A stretch of DNA of 64,000 nt from Thermoflexus sp. (GTDB lineage: Bacteria; Chloroflexota; Anaerolineae; Thermoflexales; Thermoflexaceae): assembly GCF_042408815.1 (NCBI RefSeq), contig NZ_JBHOQR010000005.1:3828-67827 (forward strand), given 5' to 3'. The translations under genes and the position numbers were made by a program. Within the stretch, counting starts at the first letter, position 1; each line of letters opens with the position of its first letter. Positions 63,728-64,000 of the stretch are shown here, piece by piece. The notes beneath the pieces are model-generated. The model ran no database searches and had not been told where the DNA came from. It saw only the letters and a list, made by a program, of their open reading frames with translations.

Positions 63728-64000
63728 TTAAAAGATCACGCCCGACACCAAGATCACATTGGCATAAGGGGTGCATTCGCCGGTCCGGACCACCGCGCGC
63801 GCAGTCGCCGTCATCGCCTTGAAGACCTCATGGGGCACGTGCTCAAGGGGGATCGAGGCCAGTCGCTCCCGTAAGGCGGCATACAATGTGGGGCTGCGGT
63901 CCATCATCTCAACGGCCATAATCGCCTTCTCTACGTGAAGTTCCTCCAGGACTGCATCGAGGACATCCAGAAAAGGGGGGAGCCCCGGACGAACCGCCAG
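63728..64000 (-). CDS. rbsD: D-ribose pyranase RbsD (5' end outside window)
   Basis: C-terminus VVRTGECTPYANVILVSGVIF matches E. coli RbsD ..[21 protein letters not shown]; frame stays open to the window edge. Confidence 0.85.
   Translation of the reverse strand: MAVRPGLPPFLDVLDAVLEELHVEKAIMAVEMMDRSPTLYAALRERLASIPLEHVPHEVFKAMTATARAVVRTGECTPYANVILVSGVIF

Overview
GC-rich bacterial chromosomal segment. All calls come from reading the supplied ORF translations and the DNA by eye; no HMM or BLAST was run. Gene content and synteny (rny, recA-recX, comF-hpf, an LPXTG substrate, isopentenyl phosphate kinase, many Pro/Thr-linker envelope proteins, a thermophile-type protein disulfide oxidoreductase) suggest a monoderm-type, Chloroflexota-like organism; this is inference only. 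I support about 60 protein genes, one tRNA-Gly(CCC), one tmRNA, one probable PIN-toxin remnant, and several promoters and terminators. Left third: infB (partial), greA, lysS, MATE, LysM/M23 peptidase, MazG fusion, M16 peptidase, rny, recX, recA. Middle: envelope genes (three SH3b proteins, a ~1340-aa amidase, a GT4 transferase), hpf, comF, then an ~18.4-kb Tad/type IVc pilus locus (25.8-44.2 kb). Right third: plsC, prfA, rnc, tRNA-Gly, tmRNA, rsmC-like, rpsU, yggT/yggS, rtcB-archease, selD, IPK, HDAC and a ribose operon (rbsD partial to rbsK). I found no CRISPR array, rRNA, transposase or integrase. Most noteworthy: (1) the Tad locus has six TadE/TadG-type proteins and non-canonical accessory genes (Kelch/DUF11 giant, LPXTG Pro/Thr stalk, CARDB-like protein, G5-propeller protein), but no visible Flp pilin, prepilin peptidase or secretin. 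(2) A short motif [FY]LPL[IV]LR[GS] recurs at the extreme C-terminus of two Tad-locus proteins and at a domain boundary of the giant amidase; it may be an undescribed sorting or processing signal. (3) selD has an in-frame TGA at the catalytic position, so it is probably a selenoprotein that ORF callers truncate. Many long ORFs in the supplied track are antisense shadows typical of high-GC DNA and were rejected.
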